Of a stretch of 64,000 nucleotides of DNA, positions 10,645-20,299 are shown piece by piece. The position numbers were made by a program, and so were the translations under genes. The stretch spans positions 69,010 through 133,009 of the forward strand of contig JAUSGT010000001.1 in assembly GCA_030648835.1 (NCBI GenBank), given 5' to 3'. A model generated the notes under the pieces. The model was given only the letters and a program-made list of their open reading frames with translations. It had not been told where the DNA came from and ran no database searches. The stretch comes from Candidatus Moraniibacteriota bacterium (GTDB lineage Bacteria; Patescibacteriota; Minisyncoccia; Moranbacterales; UBA1568). Numbering within the stretch: position 1 is the stretch's first letter; each line of letters begins with the position of its first letter.

Positions 10645-10698
10645 GACAAAAAAAGAGGGGATACCACGCGCGTGTTGCTGTTTGCGTGTGGTATCCCC
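10645..10698 (-). terminator. Rho-independent terminator for the minus-strand gene 10767..11093
   Basis: Hairpin GGGGATACCACGCG...CGTGTGGTATCCCC; on the minus strand it is followed by a U-run (the A-run on +). Confidence 0.5.
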
Positions 10699-10766
10699 CA
10701 AAGGCTGGCTCCGCCTAACTGCCCCAGCAGGGAGGTGACTGGAATAGGGGAGCCAACAGAGAGAGG

Positions 10767-11093
10767 TTAGAACAGACGAAGCTGTTGTCCGGGCGTTGAA
10801 GTGACACCTTTCTTTGTTCGCCGACACTCTTGCTTGGCTTTTTTTGTCAGGTATTTTGCACGGCGATTGATACGAAATATAACATGTGCTTTTACCCACC
10901 TTAAAAGGTCATTGTAATAGGTGTTTTCGGGTGTTTTGTATTCAGGTTGCTTATTTTTGTGGATACCACGGGTACCCGCTTCTTTGGCAAATGCAGATAC
11001 AAACACTGTTTCGTTGAATTCTGATGGGGAGCCGATGGCATTAAATATGGATGCTCCCATTTCTGCAATCCTCGGATCTTTTCTTGAACTCAT
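10767..11093 (-). CDS. Hypothetical basic small protein (108 aa)
   Basis: Strong SD (GGAGGAGCC before ATG on the minus strand) and a lysine/arginine-rich C-terminus. No family recognised. Confidence 0.55.
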   Translation of the reverse strand: MSSRKDPRIAEMGASIFNAIGSPSEFNETVFVSAFAKEAGTRGIHKNKQPEYKTPENTYYNDLLRWVKAHVIFRINRRAKYLTKKAKQECRRTKKGVTSTPGQQLRLF

Positions 11094-11185
11094 GGCTCCT
11101 CCCTGGAAGTTGTCAAAATAACTACATTTCGTATATTATACACCTTTTTTGCATTTTTGTAAAGGGTCGTGTATGATAGGAAACT

Positions 11186-12604
11186 ATGCCAAAGTTATGG
11201 GAGAAAATTCAAACGTTTGAGGCGTTTCGGAAAAAAAATAGCCTACCGGAAGTCCCGGGAGTGTATTTCTTCTTGGACGAGAAGAAAAAACTGCTCTATA
11301 TCGGCAAGGCGACGTCACTGCGTGATCGGGTAAAGAGCTATTTTTCGTCAGATATCGGCAGAACACGGGGACTCAAGATCGAGCGCATGCTTGAAAAAGT
11401 GGGTTTTGTGGCGCACCGGAAAACGGACTCGGTATTGGAGGCGCTCATTCTGGAAGCCAGTCTTATCAAGGTTCACCAACCTTCATATAATACCGACGCG
11501 AAGGATGATAAGAGTTACAATCACGTCGTCATTACCAAGGAGTTATTTCCCCGAGTACTTATTGTGCGCGGCCGCGACCTTGGGAGGCAAGAACCAATAA
11601 CCAATAACCAAAGACCAAAGACTGACAATCAACAGCAGAAAATGCGATATAAATATGTATTCGGACCGTTTCCGGCTGGGGGAGCGCTGCGTGAAGCGAT
11701 GAAGATCGTTCGCAAGTTGTTTCCTTTCCGAGACAGATGTATTCCGTTTGAAGAAAAAAGTATTAGTCATCTTGAACGTAGTCGAAGCCTGCCTGCCGGC
11801 GGGCAGGGATCTCGAGGGAGGAGAAGGAAGAACAGCAGCGAGATTCTTCGCGTTGCTCAGAATGACAAACCTCCCGCGTGTTTCAACAGACAAATCGGTT
11901 TGTGTCCCGGCGTGTGTACGGGAGAAATAACGGCGAGGGAGTATGCGCGCACCATCAACCATATCCGTTTGTTTTTCGAAGGGCACAAGGGAATGCTCAT
12001 AAAAAAATTGGAACGCGAGATGAAAACGGCGGCAAAAAATCTGGAATTCGAGTCAGCTGGGGGGATCAAAAAAACGCTTTTCGGATTGCGACATATTCAG
12101 GATATGGCGCTTATCAAGAATGACCAACAGCCAATAACCAATGACCAACAAGAAAAGATGCGGATTGAGGCGTATGATGTGGCTCATTTGGGCGGTAGTG
12201 CTAGCGTGGGAGTGATGGTCGTTTTGCAAAATGGCAGGTCAGCGAAAGAATTCTACAGAAAGTTCACATTACGTGGTGGGCACGAAGGCAACGACTTGAC
12301 GGCTTTGGAAGAAATCTTGAAGCGGCGCTTGAAACATCTTGAGTGGCCTCTGCCGGAAATTATCGTGGTGGACGGGGCACTCCTCCAACTTGGCGTGGCG
12401 GAGCAAGTGTCGCTCTCTTTGGGAATTACTATTCCTATTGTCGGGGTGGTGAAGAATACCAAACATCAGCCGGAACGTTTGATTGGTCCGGAAACATTGA
12501 CCAGGCGTTTCAAAAAAGAAATTCTTCTGGCCAATAGCGAAGCCCACCGCTTTGCTATTACATTCCACCGTGTGCGTCGGGGAAAGGAGTTTTTGAACAA
12601 GTAG
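11186..12604 (+). CDS. uvrC: UvrC-like excinuclease subunit (no C-terminal HhH domain; contains inserted repeats)
   Basis: GIY-YIG domain (PGVYFFLDEKKKLLYIGKATSLRDRVKSYF), Cys-rich region, UVR-like helix and RNase-H-like endonuclease domain (IEAYDVAHLGGSASVGVMVV...EAHRFAITFHR). The protein ends about 100 aa short of a canonical UvrC. It carries a ~35-aa in-frame insertion around 11780-11830 and two QPITN(D/N)Q short repeats. Confidence 0.8.
   Translation: MPKLWEKIQTFEAFRKKNSLPEVPGVYFFLDEKKKLLYIGKATSLRDRVKSYFSSDIGRTRGLKIERMLEKVGFVAHRKTDSVLEALILEASLIKVHQPSYNTDAKDDKSYNHVVITKELFPRVLIVRGRDLGRQEPITNNQRPKTDNQQQKMRYKYVFGPFPAGGALREAMKIVRKLFPFRDRCIPFEEKSISHLERSRSLPAGGQGSRGRRRKNSSEILRVAQNDKPPACFNRQIGLCPGVCTGEITAREYARTINHIRLFFEGHKGMLIKKLEREMKTAAKNLEFESAGGIKKTLFGLRHIQDMALIKNDQQPITNDQQEKMRIEAYDVAHLGGSASVGVMVVLQNGRSAKEFYRKFTLRGGHEGNDLTALEEILKRRLKHLEWPLPEIIVVDGALLQLGVAEQVSLSLGITIPIVGVVKNTKHQPERLIGPETLTRRFKKEILLANSEAHRFAITFHRVRRGKEFLNK
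11786..11806. repeat. Family-B GC-rich palindrome copy inside uvrC (in-frame)
   Basis: CCTGCCTGCCGGCGGGCAGGG, followed by AAGAACAGCAGCGAG. It matches the intergenic copies at 12877 and 57630. Confidence 0.5.
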
Positions 12605-12622
12605 AGTTTCAAAACAGCTTTC

Positions 12623-12770
12623 TGCCACAAGAATCTTTCCGGGAGGCTTGAAGTTTTTTTGAGCATGGTTCCGGCGTTTCGACGGATCAAAAAAAGTTCA
12701 CGCAAAGAGTTTGTCCGCTGGGGCAAACGAATGGCTACCCGGAGAGGTTGCTTGTGGTCGGAAAGCTCAA
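12623..12770 (-). repeat. Family-A structured element, copy 4 (inverted orientation)
   Basis: The reverse complement aligns along the full length with copies 1-3 (CCACAAG...CCGGGAG...TTTTTTTGAGCATGGTTCC-hairpin-GGATCAAAAAAAGTTC...CTTGTGG). Confidence 0.65.
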
Positions 12771-12876
12771 CGACAGAGAGGTGTGAGGAAATAAGTTTTT
12801 GTCCACAGAGGGGTAGTCTTGCCAGCACGCGAAAAAGAGAGTATCCTAAGAAACGACCATATCTTTTTTCGGACAT

Positions 12877-12898
12877 ACCTGCCTGCCGGCAGGCAGGT
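12877..12898. promoter_or_regulatory. Perfect 22-bp palindrome ACCTGCCTGCCGGCAGGCAGGT upstream of uvrA (Family B; operator candidate)
   Basis: Perfect dyad symmetry, 24 nt upstream of the uvrA start. Confidence 0.45.
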
Positions 12899-12921
12899 CT
12901 CAAGAATAGCAGACGCTCTTT

Positions 12922-15720
12922 ATGCCAGGAAAAAAATCGGTGATTGAAATTCGCGGCGCACGAGTCAATAATTTGAAGAACGTGGATGTTGATATTCCGC
13001 GTAACGCGCTCGTTGTCGTGACGGGACTTTCCGGTTCGGGGAAATCTTCTTTGGCTTTTGATACTCTTTTTGCGGAAGCGAATCGGCGTTATGTCGAATC
13101 GCTTTCTTCGTATGCGCGCAATTTTCTTGATGGCTTCGACAAACCCGATGTGGATGCTATTCACAACCTCAGTCCGGCAATTTCCATCGATCAGAAGAGC
13201 GTGTCACGCAGTCCACGCTCCACGGTCGGTACCATGACGGAAGTCTACGATTACTTGCGTATTTTGTTTGCCAAACTCGGGGTACCGCATTGTCCCACAT
13301 GCGGGAAGCGGCTCATGCGAAAGAGTGTACGGGAAATTTTGGAAGAGATTCTCAATTTGCCCGATCAGACACCTTTGGTCTTCATTTCCTACAGCAAGGC
13401 GCTGAAGGAAAAAACCGAAGCGTCCGCGCTCGCGCAGATCGGTGTGTGGGGGTATGTGCGGGTATTGTTTCATGGAGAAGTCTTACCGATCGGAGACGCG
13501 CAGGCTGTGGCTTCGGCCACGGAGATTTCCGATATAGCGGTCGTCGTGGATCGGCTGACAATCAATCTGACTCGGCCCGACAAAGAGCGTATCCTCGATT
13601 CTCTCCAGACGGCCTTTCGCGTGGGACAGGGAACGCTCACGCTACGTATCAATGGGACCGGCGAGGAGCGTTTGTACAATGAGGAATACCGCTGTGAAGA
13701 ATGCGGCATCGGTCTGCCTCAGTGTACGCCGAGTCATTTTTCTTTCAATAGTCCCGAGGGGGCGTGCGAGAAGTGTGCGGGGCTCGGCGTGACACTCGAA
13801 TTCGATCCGGAGCTGGTTATTCCCAACAAAAATCTTTCCTTGGCCGAAGGAGCAATTCGTCCGTGGAGCAAGATGAACGGGGATCGGCATACCGGACAAG
13901 GACCGATGCATTGGTTGCGCGATTTGAGTCGGCAGATGAAGTTTTCATTCGATGTGCCGGTGAAGAAACTTTCCGCCAAATATTTTTCTTTCATACTGTA
14001 TGGCGATGGGAGGAAAGAGGAAGACGCTTTCCCCGGGGTGATCGCGCTCCTCGAGAAAAAATACCGTGAGACAAAATCGGATCATCTGCGGGCCGATATT
14101 GAGGCGTATATGTTGACCAAACTCTGTCCCGTCTGTCTCGGGAAACGTCTGAAAAAGAGTTCGCTTGCCGTGAAGATAGAAGGGTTGTCCATTAATGACT
14201 TGGTATCCGAGAGTGTGGAGAGATTTTTGGTACTCGAAAAATCATTGCGTGAGAAGCTTTTGAAAACCGGGGAAAAAGAGTTGATCAATCCTCTGTTTCG
14301 CGAAATGGAAACCCGTCTCATGGCGGTGGAAAAAGTGGGCCTCGGTTATCTGGAATTGTCCCGTGGCGCCGATACGCTTTCCGGTGGAGAGGCCCAGCGC
14401 GTCCGTTTGTCGGTGCAGATGAAATCGGGGCTTTCTGGCATCATCTATGTCCTCGATGAGCCATCGGTAGGCTTGCACAGCCGCGATACGGAAAGGCTCA
14501 TTCGCGCGTTGGAAGACCTGCGTACCGCCAACAATTCGCTCGTGATCGTCGAACACGACGTGGCGATTATGCGCAAGGCGGACTATATCATCGACTTGGG
14601 TCCGGGCGCCGGGAGCGAAGGTGGGGAAATTATTTTTTCCGGTACGCCGGAGAAACTGATGCATTCGAAACTTCTCACCGGTCAGTATCTTTCCGGTAAG
14701 CGCAAGATATCCGACAAAAAGAAAGCGCGGCCAATAAGCGCGGAAGCCATTACCATTTTTGGCGCGACGGAACACAATTTGAAAAATGTGGATGTCAAAA
14801 TCCCTCTCGGAATGCTCGTCGCCGTTTCCGGAGTTTCCGGGTCGGGTAAATCAAGTCTGGTGCATGATATTTTGTCGCGGGCGCTCTCCAAATATTTCTA
14901 TCATGCCAAGGCCGAGCCGGGCGCCCACAAGAAGATAGAGGGACTTTCCCACATCGACAAGGTGATTGCCGTGACACAGGATCCTATCGGTCGTACACCG
15001 CGTTCCAACGCGGCGACGTATACCGGTGTGTTCAGTCTGATCCGTGATTTGTTTGCGGCGACGGTAGAGGCAGGACGGGAAAAATATTCCGCCAGTCATT
15101 TCAGCTTCAATATGCGGGGTGGGCGCTGTGAATCCTGTCAGGGTGGCGGATTGAAAAAAATCGAGATGTATCTTTTGCCCGATGTCTACGTGCCGTGCGA
15201 AATCTGTCAGGGGACACGCTACAATGCGAAGACGTTATCTATCGAATACCGCGGAACGAATATCGCGTCAGTGCTCAAGATGACCGTCACGGAAGCGCGG
15301 CGTTTTTTCTTGGACCAGCCGATGATCGAAGAAAAGTTGCGCGTGTTGGAAGAAGTTGGTTTGGGTTACCTGGTTTTGGGACAGAGCGCCACCAATCTTT
15401 CCGGCGGAGAAGCCCAGCGGATCAAATTGGCGACGGAGTTGGCGCGCAAATCAACCGGTAAGACGCTCTATATTCTCGATGAACCGACCATTGGGCTCCA
15501 TTTCGAGGATGTGCGGCGTCTTTTGGAAGTGCTCGAAGTGTTGGTGGACAAGGGCAACAGCGTCCTGGTTGTGGAGCACAACCTCGATGTTATTGCCTCG
15601 GCTGATTGGGTGTTGGAGTTAGGCCCGGATGGGGGAGCCAAGGGCGGAGAGCTTATTTTCTCCGGACCACCGGAAAAATTGAAGAGCTGCAAGCGCTCTT
15701 TCACTGCAAAGTATCTGTAG
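12922..15720 (+). CDS. uvrA: Excinuclease ABC subunit A (canonical, with UvrB-binding domain)
   Basis: [40 protein letters not shown] ~115-aa insertion between AGLG and CPVCLGKR is the UvrB-binding domain. Two ABC signature motifs (LSGGEAQR) are present. Confidence 0.95.
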   Translation: MPGKKSVIEIRGARVNNLKNVDVDIPRNALVVVTGLSGSGKSSLAFDTLFAEANRRYVESLSSYARNFLDGFDKPDVDAIHNLSPAISIDQKSVSRSPRSTVGTMTEVYDYLRILFAKLGVPHCPTCGKRLMRKSVREILEEILNLPDQTPLVFISYSKALKEKTEASALAQIGVWGYVRVLFHGEVLPIGDAQAVASATEISDIAVVVDRLTINLTRPDKERILDSLQTAFRVGQGTLTLRINGTGEERLYNEEYRCEECGIGLPQCTPSHFSFNSPEGACEKCAGLGVTLEFDPELVIPNKNLSLAEGAIRPWSKMNGDRHTGQGPMHWLRDLSRQMKFSFDVPVKKLSAKYFSFILYGDGRKEEDAFPGVIALLEKKYRETKSDHLRADIEAYMLTKLCPVCLGKRLKKSSLAVKIEGLSINDLVSESVERFLVLEKSLREKLLKTGEKELINPLFREMETRLMAVEKVGLGYLELSRGADTLSGGEAQRVRLSVQMKSGLSGIIYVLDEPSVGLHSRDTERLIRALEDLRTANNSLVIVEHDVAIMRKADYIIDLGPGAGSEGGEIIFSGTPEKLMHSKLLTGQYLSGKRKISDKKKARPISAEAITIFGATEHNLKNVDVKIPLGMLVAVSGVSGSGKSSLVHDILSRALSKYFYHAKAEPGAHKKIEGLSHIDKVIAVTQDPIGRTPRSNAATYTGVFSLIRDLFAATVEAGREKYSASHFSFNMRGGRCESCQGGGLKKIEMYLLPDVYVPCEICQGTRYNAKTLSIEYRGTNIASVLKMTVTEARRFFLDQPMIEEKLRVLEEVGLGYLVLGQSATNLSGGEAQRIKLATELARKSTGKTLYILDEPTIGLHFEDVRRLLEVLEVLVDKGNSVLVVEHNLDVIASADWVLELGPDGGAKGGELIFSGPPEKLKSCKRSFTAKYL

Positions 15721-15728
15721 TTTTTTTG

Positions 15729-15876
15729 GGTCTTTTCTCGCAAGCAACCTTTCCTGAGGTCGTTCGTTCACCCAGCGGTGAACTTCTCTTATGAGATTTT
15801 TTTGATCCGTCAGAACGACGGCACCGTGCTCAAAAAAATCTCAACTCCTCCGGCAAGATTCTTGCGAGAAAAGACC
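15729..15876 (+). repeat. Family-A structured element, copy 2
   Basis: Perfect 16-bp terminal inverted repeat GGTCTTTTCTCGCAAG / CTTGCGAGAAAAGACC. Conserved core with a covarying central hairpin (CCGTC/GACGG). Confidence 0.7.
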
Positions 15877-15921
15877 AACGTGGATTTTATTAGAAATTAG
15901 GTATTAGAAATTAGATACTTT

Positions 15922-16851
15922 TTGCTTATGTCCTATCGTTTGGGGAAAAATATTGTGGTGACGGTGACGTATTATGATGTGCTCGATATGCCGCTTTCGG
16001 CGTTCGAGATATGGAAACACCTTATTTCCCAGAAGGATGACGATGTTTCTCATAACCAGCCATGTACTTTGGGAGACATCTATAAATTTCTTGCGTCGGG
16101 GCAATTGGATGCGAAAATCGAGGAGAAAAACGGTATGTATTTTTTGCGCGGACGCGAGGAACTTGTCGCCAGGCGCATCCAGGCGGAGAAAACCTCTGTT
16201 TCAAAATTGAAACGGATGCGGCGTTTAGTCTTTTTGCTTGATTATATTCCTTATATTCGGATGATTGGCGCGACGGGGAGTCTGGCGATGAAACAGGGTA
16301 CTCGGAAAAGCGATTGGGATATGTTTGTCGTTTTGCGTTCCGGAAAAATTTGGACCGGTCGTACCTTGCTCACGGGGTTTCTCCATCTGATAGGTAAGAG
16401 GCGACATGGAAGAAAAATTCAGGATCGCGCCTGTCTTAATTATTTTGTGACGGACGATAATTTAAAAATTTGCAATAGGGATTTGTTTACTGCCCACATA
16501 TTCCATTTTTTTATTCCTTTACTCCATTTTCCGCTGTTTCAGAAATTTGAATTAAAAAATCACTGGATACGGGAATATCGTCCGAATTTCATACCTGCAG
16601 AATTGCCAAGCCGATGGACTGTAAAAGAGAATATTCGTACACGATATATTAAAAACAAAATAGAGCGTTTTTTTGATTTTTTTAATCTAGAAAAATGGCT
16701 TGCTTCCTGGCAAAAAGAAAAAATTCGTCGTAATCCGAAGACGTATTTGGAAGGGGGATTGATTGAGGCACATGACCACGCTTTAATTTTCTTGCCTTCT
16801 CCGCCAGGACCGCGCGTTTTTGAGAAGTTCAAGGAACGCTTGAGCGCGTAA
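15922..16851 (+). CDS. Hypothetical protein (309 aa)
   Basis: Long clean ORF directly upstream of pilC. No family recognised. Confidence 0.55.
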   Translation: MLMSYRLGKNIVVTVTYYDVLDMPLSAFEIWKHLISQKDDDVSHNQPCTLGDIYKFLASGQLDAKIEEKNGMYFLRGREELVARRIQAEKTSVSKLKRMRRLVFLLDYIPYIRMIGATGSLAMKQGTRKSDWDMFVVLRSGKIWTGRTLLTGFLHLIGKRRHGRKIQDRACLNYFVTDDNLKICNRDLFTAHIFHFFIPLLHFPLFQKFELKNHWIREYRPNFIPAELPSRWTVKENIRTRYIKNKIERFFDFFNLEKWLASWQKEKIRRNPKTYLEGGLIEAHDHALIFLPSPPGPRVFEKFKERLSA

Positions 16852-16863
16852 AGTGTGCTATAA

Positions 16864-18117
16864 TTGATGAACAAAACACAAACAAAGCATTTGGATATGC
16901 CGAAATTTTTATATACCGCAAAAAATATCACTACCGGGGAGAGTTCCGGTGGTGAGATGGACGTCAAGGATGAGAAGACACTGGCTCAGGACCTGCGAGA
17001 GCGGGGGTTGTTGCTGACTTCACATAAGGAAATCGAGACGACCAAATCCATCAACATCAAATTTTTTGATCGTTTTACCTCCATTCCGCTGAAAGAAAAA
17101 ATGGTGTTTATGCGGAATTTGGCGGTGATGGTATCGTCCGGATTGACGGTTTCCCGATCGATCCACAATTTGAGCGTTCAGACAAAAAACAAAAGATTTA
17201 ACAAAATCCTTTTGAGTGTCTACGATGATGTGCAGAGCGGGAAGACGCTCTCGGACGGTCTGGCTCGCTACCCGAGTGTTTTTGATGAGCTTTTCGTCAG
17301 TATGATCGGTGTCGGCGAAGTGAGCGGCAATCTCGAAGAGGTGCTCGAAATTCTGGCGCTCCAATTGGAAAAAGAGAGTGATTTGAGAAGCAAGGTGCTG
17401 GGAGCCCTTATTTATCCGGCGGTGATTGTGGTGGCGATGATCGCTATCGCTATCCTGATGCTTACATACATTCTTCCGAAAATCACCGGTGTCTTTCAGG
17501 ATATGGATGTGAAATTGCCGGCCACGACGCTGTTTATTATGGGCATGAGTGATTTTCTTCGCAACCACGCCATACTGAGCGTGGTGGTTTCCATAACAGT
17601 GGTGTTCGCGGTAAAGATCTTTTCCGGAACAAAACCCGGCAAACGTTTTTTCAGTCTGGTCTTCGTTTCTCTCCCGATTGTCGGCAATATTGTTATCAAG
17701 GTGAATTGCGCGCGGTTTGCCCGTATCTATAGTTCTCTTCTGAAAAGCGGTATCTCGGTGGTGAGCGGCCTGGCTATTGTATCCAAGACATTGGGAAACG
17801 TGTACTACAAGGAGGCTTTGGCGGAGAGCATAGCGGAAGTCCAAAAGGGCGTTGACTTGAGTAAAGTCATTTATCGGTATCCGCGGATATTTCCGGTTCT
17901 TGTACCACAGATTCTCGAAGTGGGTGAGGAAACCGGGAAAACAGAATCGGTGTTGCGACGTTTGGCGGAATTCTATGAAGAGGAAGTGTCGCAGATTACC
18001 AAGAATATGTCGTCGATTATTGAACCGATTCTCATGCTTCTTATCGGCACGTCGGTGGGATTTTTCGCGGTCGCGATGTTACAGCCGATGTATAGTGTCC
18101 TCGAAAACATCAAGTAG
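16864..18117 (+). CDS. pilC: Type IV pilus assembly platform protein PilC/GspF family
   Basis: Two GspF-type repeats (...SMIGVGEVSGNLEEVL... and ...ILEVGEETGKTESVL...) and three TM segments. Confidence 0.85.
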   Translation: MMNKTQTKHLDMPKFLYTAKNITTGESSGGEMDVKDEKTLAQDLRERGLLLTSHKEIETTKSINIKFFDRFTSIPLKEKMVFMRNLAVMVSSGLTVSRSIHNLSVQTKNKRFNKILLSVYDDVQSGKTLSDGLARYPSVFDELFVSMIGVGEVSGNLEEVLEILALQLEKESDLRSKVLGALIYPAVIVVAMIAIAILMLTYILPKITGVFQDMDVKLPATTLFIMGMSDFLRNHAILSVVVSITVVFAVKIFSGTKPGKRFFSLVFVSLPIVGNIVIKVNCARFARIYSSLLKSGISVVSGLAIVSKTLGNVYYKEALAESIAEVQKGVDLSKVIYRYPRIFPVLVPQILEVGEETGKTESVLRRLAEFYEEEVSQITKNMSSIIEPILMLLIGTSVGFFAVAMLQPMYSVLENIK

Positions 18118-18261
18118 GTTCGAAATATTTTTTTAGAAAATTTCTTTGTTGCAGCTTCCAGTGCTCGACGCTGTATGCGACATACAGCTTACTTCGCGCT
18201 TCAGCTGTGCCGCGAACTTTTCTCAAAAAAATACTTCGAAAGTATTAGAAAGTTTTTTCTT

Positions 18262-19659
18262 ATGCAGACTAGTAGTTATCGGTTACCGGTTATTAGCTAC
18301 AAAGGTTTCACGCTTATTGAATCCTTGGTTTTTTTGTTTATTTTTGCCATTGTGTCGATGGTTTTTCTTCAGACGTACGCCGTTGGAACGCGCCTCATCA
18401 TCGAATCCAAGAATCGTCTCGGCGCGACCGCGCTGGCAAACCAGAAAATGGAAATTGTTCGGAGTATTGATTATACGACTATCGGGACCAAACACTGGAA
18501 TGGCACCGCGTGGGTGTATGGCATTCCGGCGGGGGATATTCTGGAAAACGAGACAATCAATGTGAATACGGTGCACTACAGCGTCGATACGGACGTTCGC
18601 TATGTGGATGACGCGTTTGACGGGAAATCAGGCGACAGTCCCAACGATACGATACCCAACGACTACAAGCGTGTGAAAATTTCCGTCTCATGGGGGGCTC
18701 AAGGCGCGGATCAAACCGTGATACTGACGAGCGATGTCGCTCCGGATGGTCTGGAAACGGCGGGGAGCGGCGGAGTGCTTTCCATCAATATATTGGATAT
18801 GCCGGGGGCGGGTGTATCGGATGCGACCGTGCGTATTGTCAATACATCCGCGGGCGTGGACACGACGACACAGACCGACGCGGCAGGCAATATCACTTTG
18901 CCGGGTGCGGCCGTCGGTGATCAGGAATACGCCCTGACAATTTCCAAGAACGATTATTACGGGGCGGTGACCTATCCGCCGTATCCGACTTCATCTTTCA
19001 ATCCGGTGGATATTCATGCTTCCGTCGTCGCCAACGCGCTCAATCCGGATGTCGTCAGGATAGATCGGGCGGCGGATATCGAGATCGATACGAAAGATCC
19101 TTTTGGTACAGCTGTTTCGAATATCAACTTTTCAATCACGGGAGGGAGAGTTATCGGAAATGTGCCAAATACCAATCCGGTTCAGCCGGTGTACGATTTT
19201 ACCCAGGATACGAGTACGGATGTTTCCGGGCAGAAGACATTTGCGAATCAGAGTTTTGGTACATACACGGTGGCTGTCTCGGGTTCCGGGTATACTTTTT
19301 ACAAGATCAGTCCGGAGAGTTCTCTCGTGAACGGCTTGGATGTTTCACCCGGCGAGGATTTTGTGGGGCAGGTGATTCTTCTTGATAACGCTCTTGGCTC
19401 GGTTTTTGTCAAAGTGACCAATGCGGCTGACGGAAGCGCCATAGAGGGGGCAGCGGCGCATCTGACCAATGCTATCGCCGGATATGATACGACACAAACT
19501 ACCGACAAGTTTGGCTTCGCCTATTTTCCGACAGCCCTTCCGGGGCTTGTGGCCGGAACATACACTTTGGAAGTCAGCAAGTCCGGTTTTCAGACGGATA
19601 ACGGGACATTTAGTGTCGGCAGCGCGCTTGTCACACGGACTATTCAGTTAGCACTTTAG
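18262..19659 (+). CDS. Large prepilin-type N-terminal domain protein (pilin-like) with Ig/carboxypeptidase-regulatory-like repeats
   Basis: Short leader then KGFTLIESLVFLFIFAIV (class III signal). Repeated beta-rich modules follow (TVRIVNTSAGVDTT..., TYTLEVSKSGFQTD). Confidence 0.65.
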   Translation: MQTSSYRLPVISYKGFTLIESLVFLFIFAIVSMVFLQTYAVGTRLIIESKNRLGATALANQKMEIVRSIDYTTIGTKHWNGTAWVYGIPAGDILENETINVNTVHYSVDTDVRYVDDAFDGKSGDSPNDTIPNDYKRVKISVSWGAQGADQTVILTSDVAPDGLETAGSGGVLSINILDMPGAGVSDATVRIVNTSAGVDTTTQTDAAGNITLPGAAVGDQEYALTISKNDYYGAVTYPPYPTSSFNPVDIHASVVANALNPDVVRIDRAADIEIDTKDPFGTAVSNINFSITGGRVIGNVPNTNPVQPVYDFTQDTSTDVSGQKTFANQSFGTYTVAVSGSGYTFYKISPESSLVNGLDVSPGEDFVGQVILLDNALGSVFVKVTNAADGSAIEGAAAHLTNAIAGYDTTQTTDKFGFAYFPTALPGLVAGTYTLEVSKSGFQTDNGTFSVGSALVTRTIQLAL

Positions 19660-19663
19660 GCAT

Positions 19664-20299
19664 ATGGTATCAATGAAAAAAAATCCGAAGGCGATGACAC
19701 TCATAGAATTGTTGATGGCTATCGCAGTTATGTTGATCGTTATGGAAGGGTTCACCCTGTTGCTTGTTCGCAGCTGGGATACAAACAAGTTTATTCTGGA
19801 AGAGGGAATGGCTTCCGCGGCTGCTTCACGCGCGAGTAATAAGATTATCAGCGAACTGCGACGCGCCCGGCAGGGAGACGATGGTGATTTTCCGGTAGAG
19901 TCCGGTTCGTCTTTCGATTTGAAAGTATATCTTGATGTCGATAATGACGGTGTGACGGAACGGGTACATTATTATCTGGACAAAGATGCCGACGAATTGA
20001 AGAAGGGAATCGCCAACCCGCTTGGTACGACACCGATTACCTATCCGGAAAACGACGACAGCGTGTCGACGATGACGACGTACGTGGTCAATGCCGACAG
20101 TGACCCGGTGTTTTACTACTACAACCGGGATTATCCGGGTGACACGGTGAACAATCCGCTTGCGGTACCGCTCGGTAGTGGAGTCTCCGAGGTGAGGTTG
20201 GTCAGGGTGCATCTTTTGGTGAATATCGATCCGGTCCACGCGCCGAACAATGTTAACATTGAATCCTTCGCTGATTTGCGTAATCTGAATTCGTTATGA
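19664..20299 (+). CDS. Prepilin-type N-terminal domain protein (minor pilin/pseudopilin)
   Basis: N-terminal KKNPKAMTLIELLMAIAVMLIV. Confidence 0.65.
   Translation: MVSMKKNPKAMTLIELLMAIAVMLIVMEGFTLLLVRSWDTNKFILEEGMASAAASRASNKIISELRRARQGDDGDFPVESGSSFDLKVYLDVDNDGVTERVHYYLDKDADELKKGIANPLGTTPITYPENDDSVSTMTTYVVNADSDPVFYYYNRDYPGDTVNNPLAVPLGSGVSEVRLVRVHLLVNIDPVHAPNNVNIESFADLRNLNSL

Noticed and set aside
11780-11830. Intein in UvrC
   Set aside because: The insertion is only about 35 aa and lacks Cys/Ser-...-His-Asn splicing motifs. It coincides with a palindromic DNA repeat instead.
12466-13164. 232-aa minus-strand ORF spanning the uvrC-uvrA intergenic region
   Set aside because: It is stitched from the antisense of the uvrC 3' end, the Family-A repeat, the GC palindrome and the uvrA 5' end. 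The overlapping + strand genes are strongly supported.
18175-18261. Upstream extension of the pilin-like ORF (start at 18175)
   Set aside because: Prepilin leaders are short. The class III signal (KG|FTLIE) fits the ATG at 18262, and the 29-aa extension has no features.
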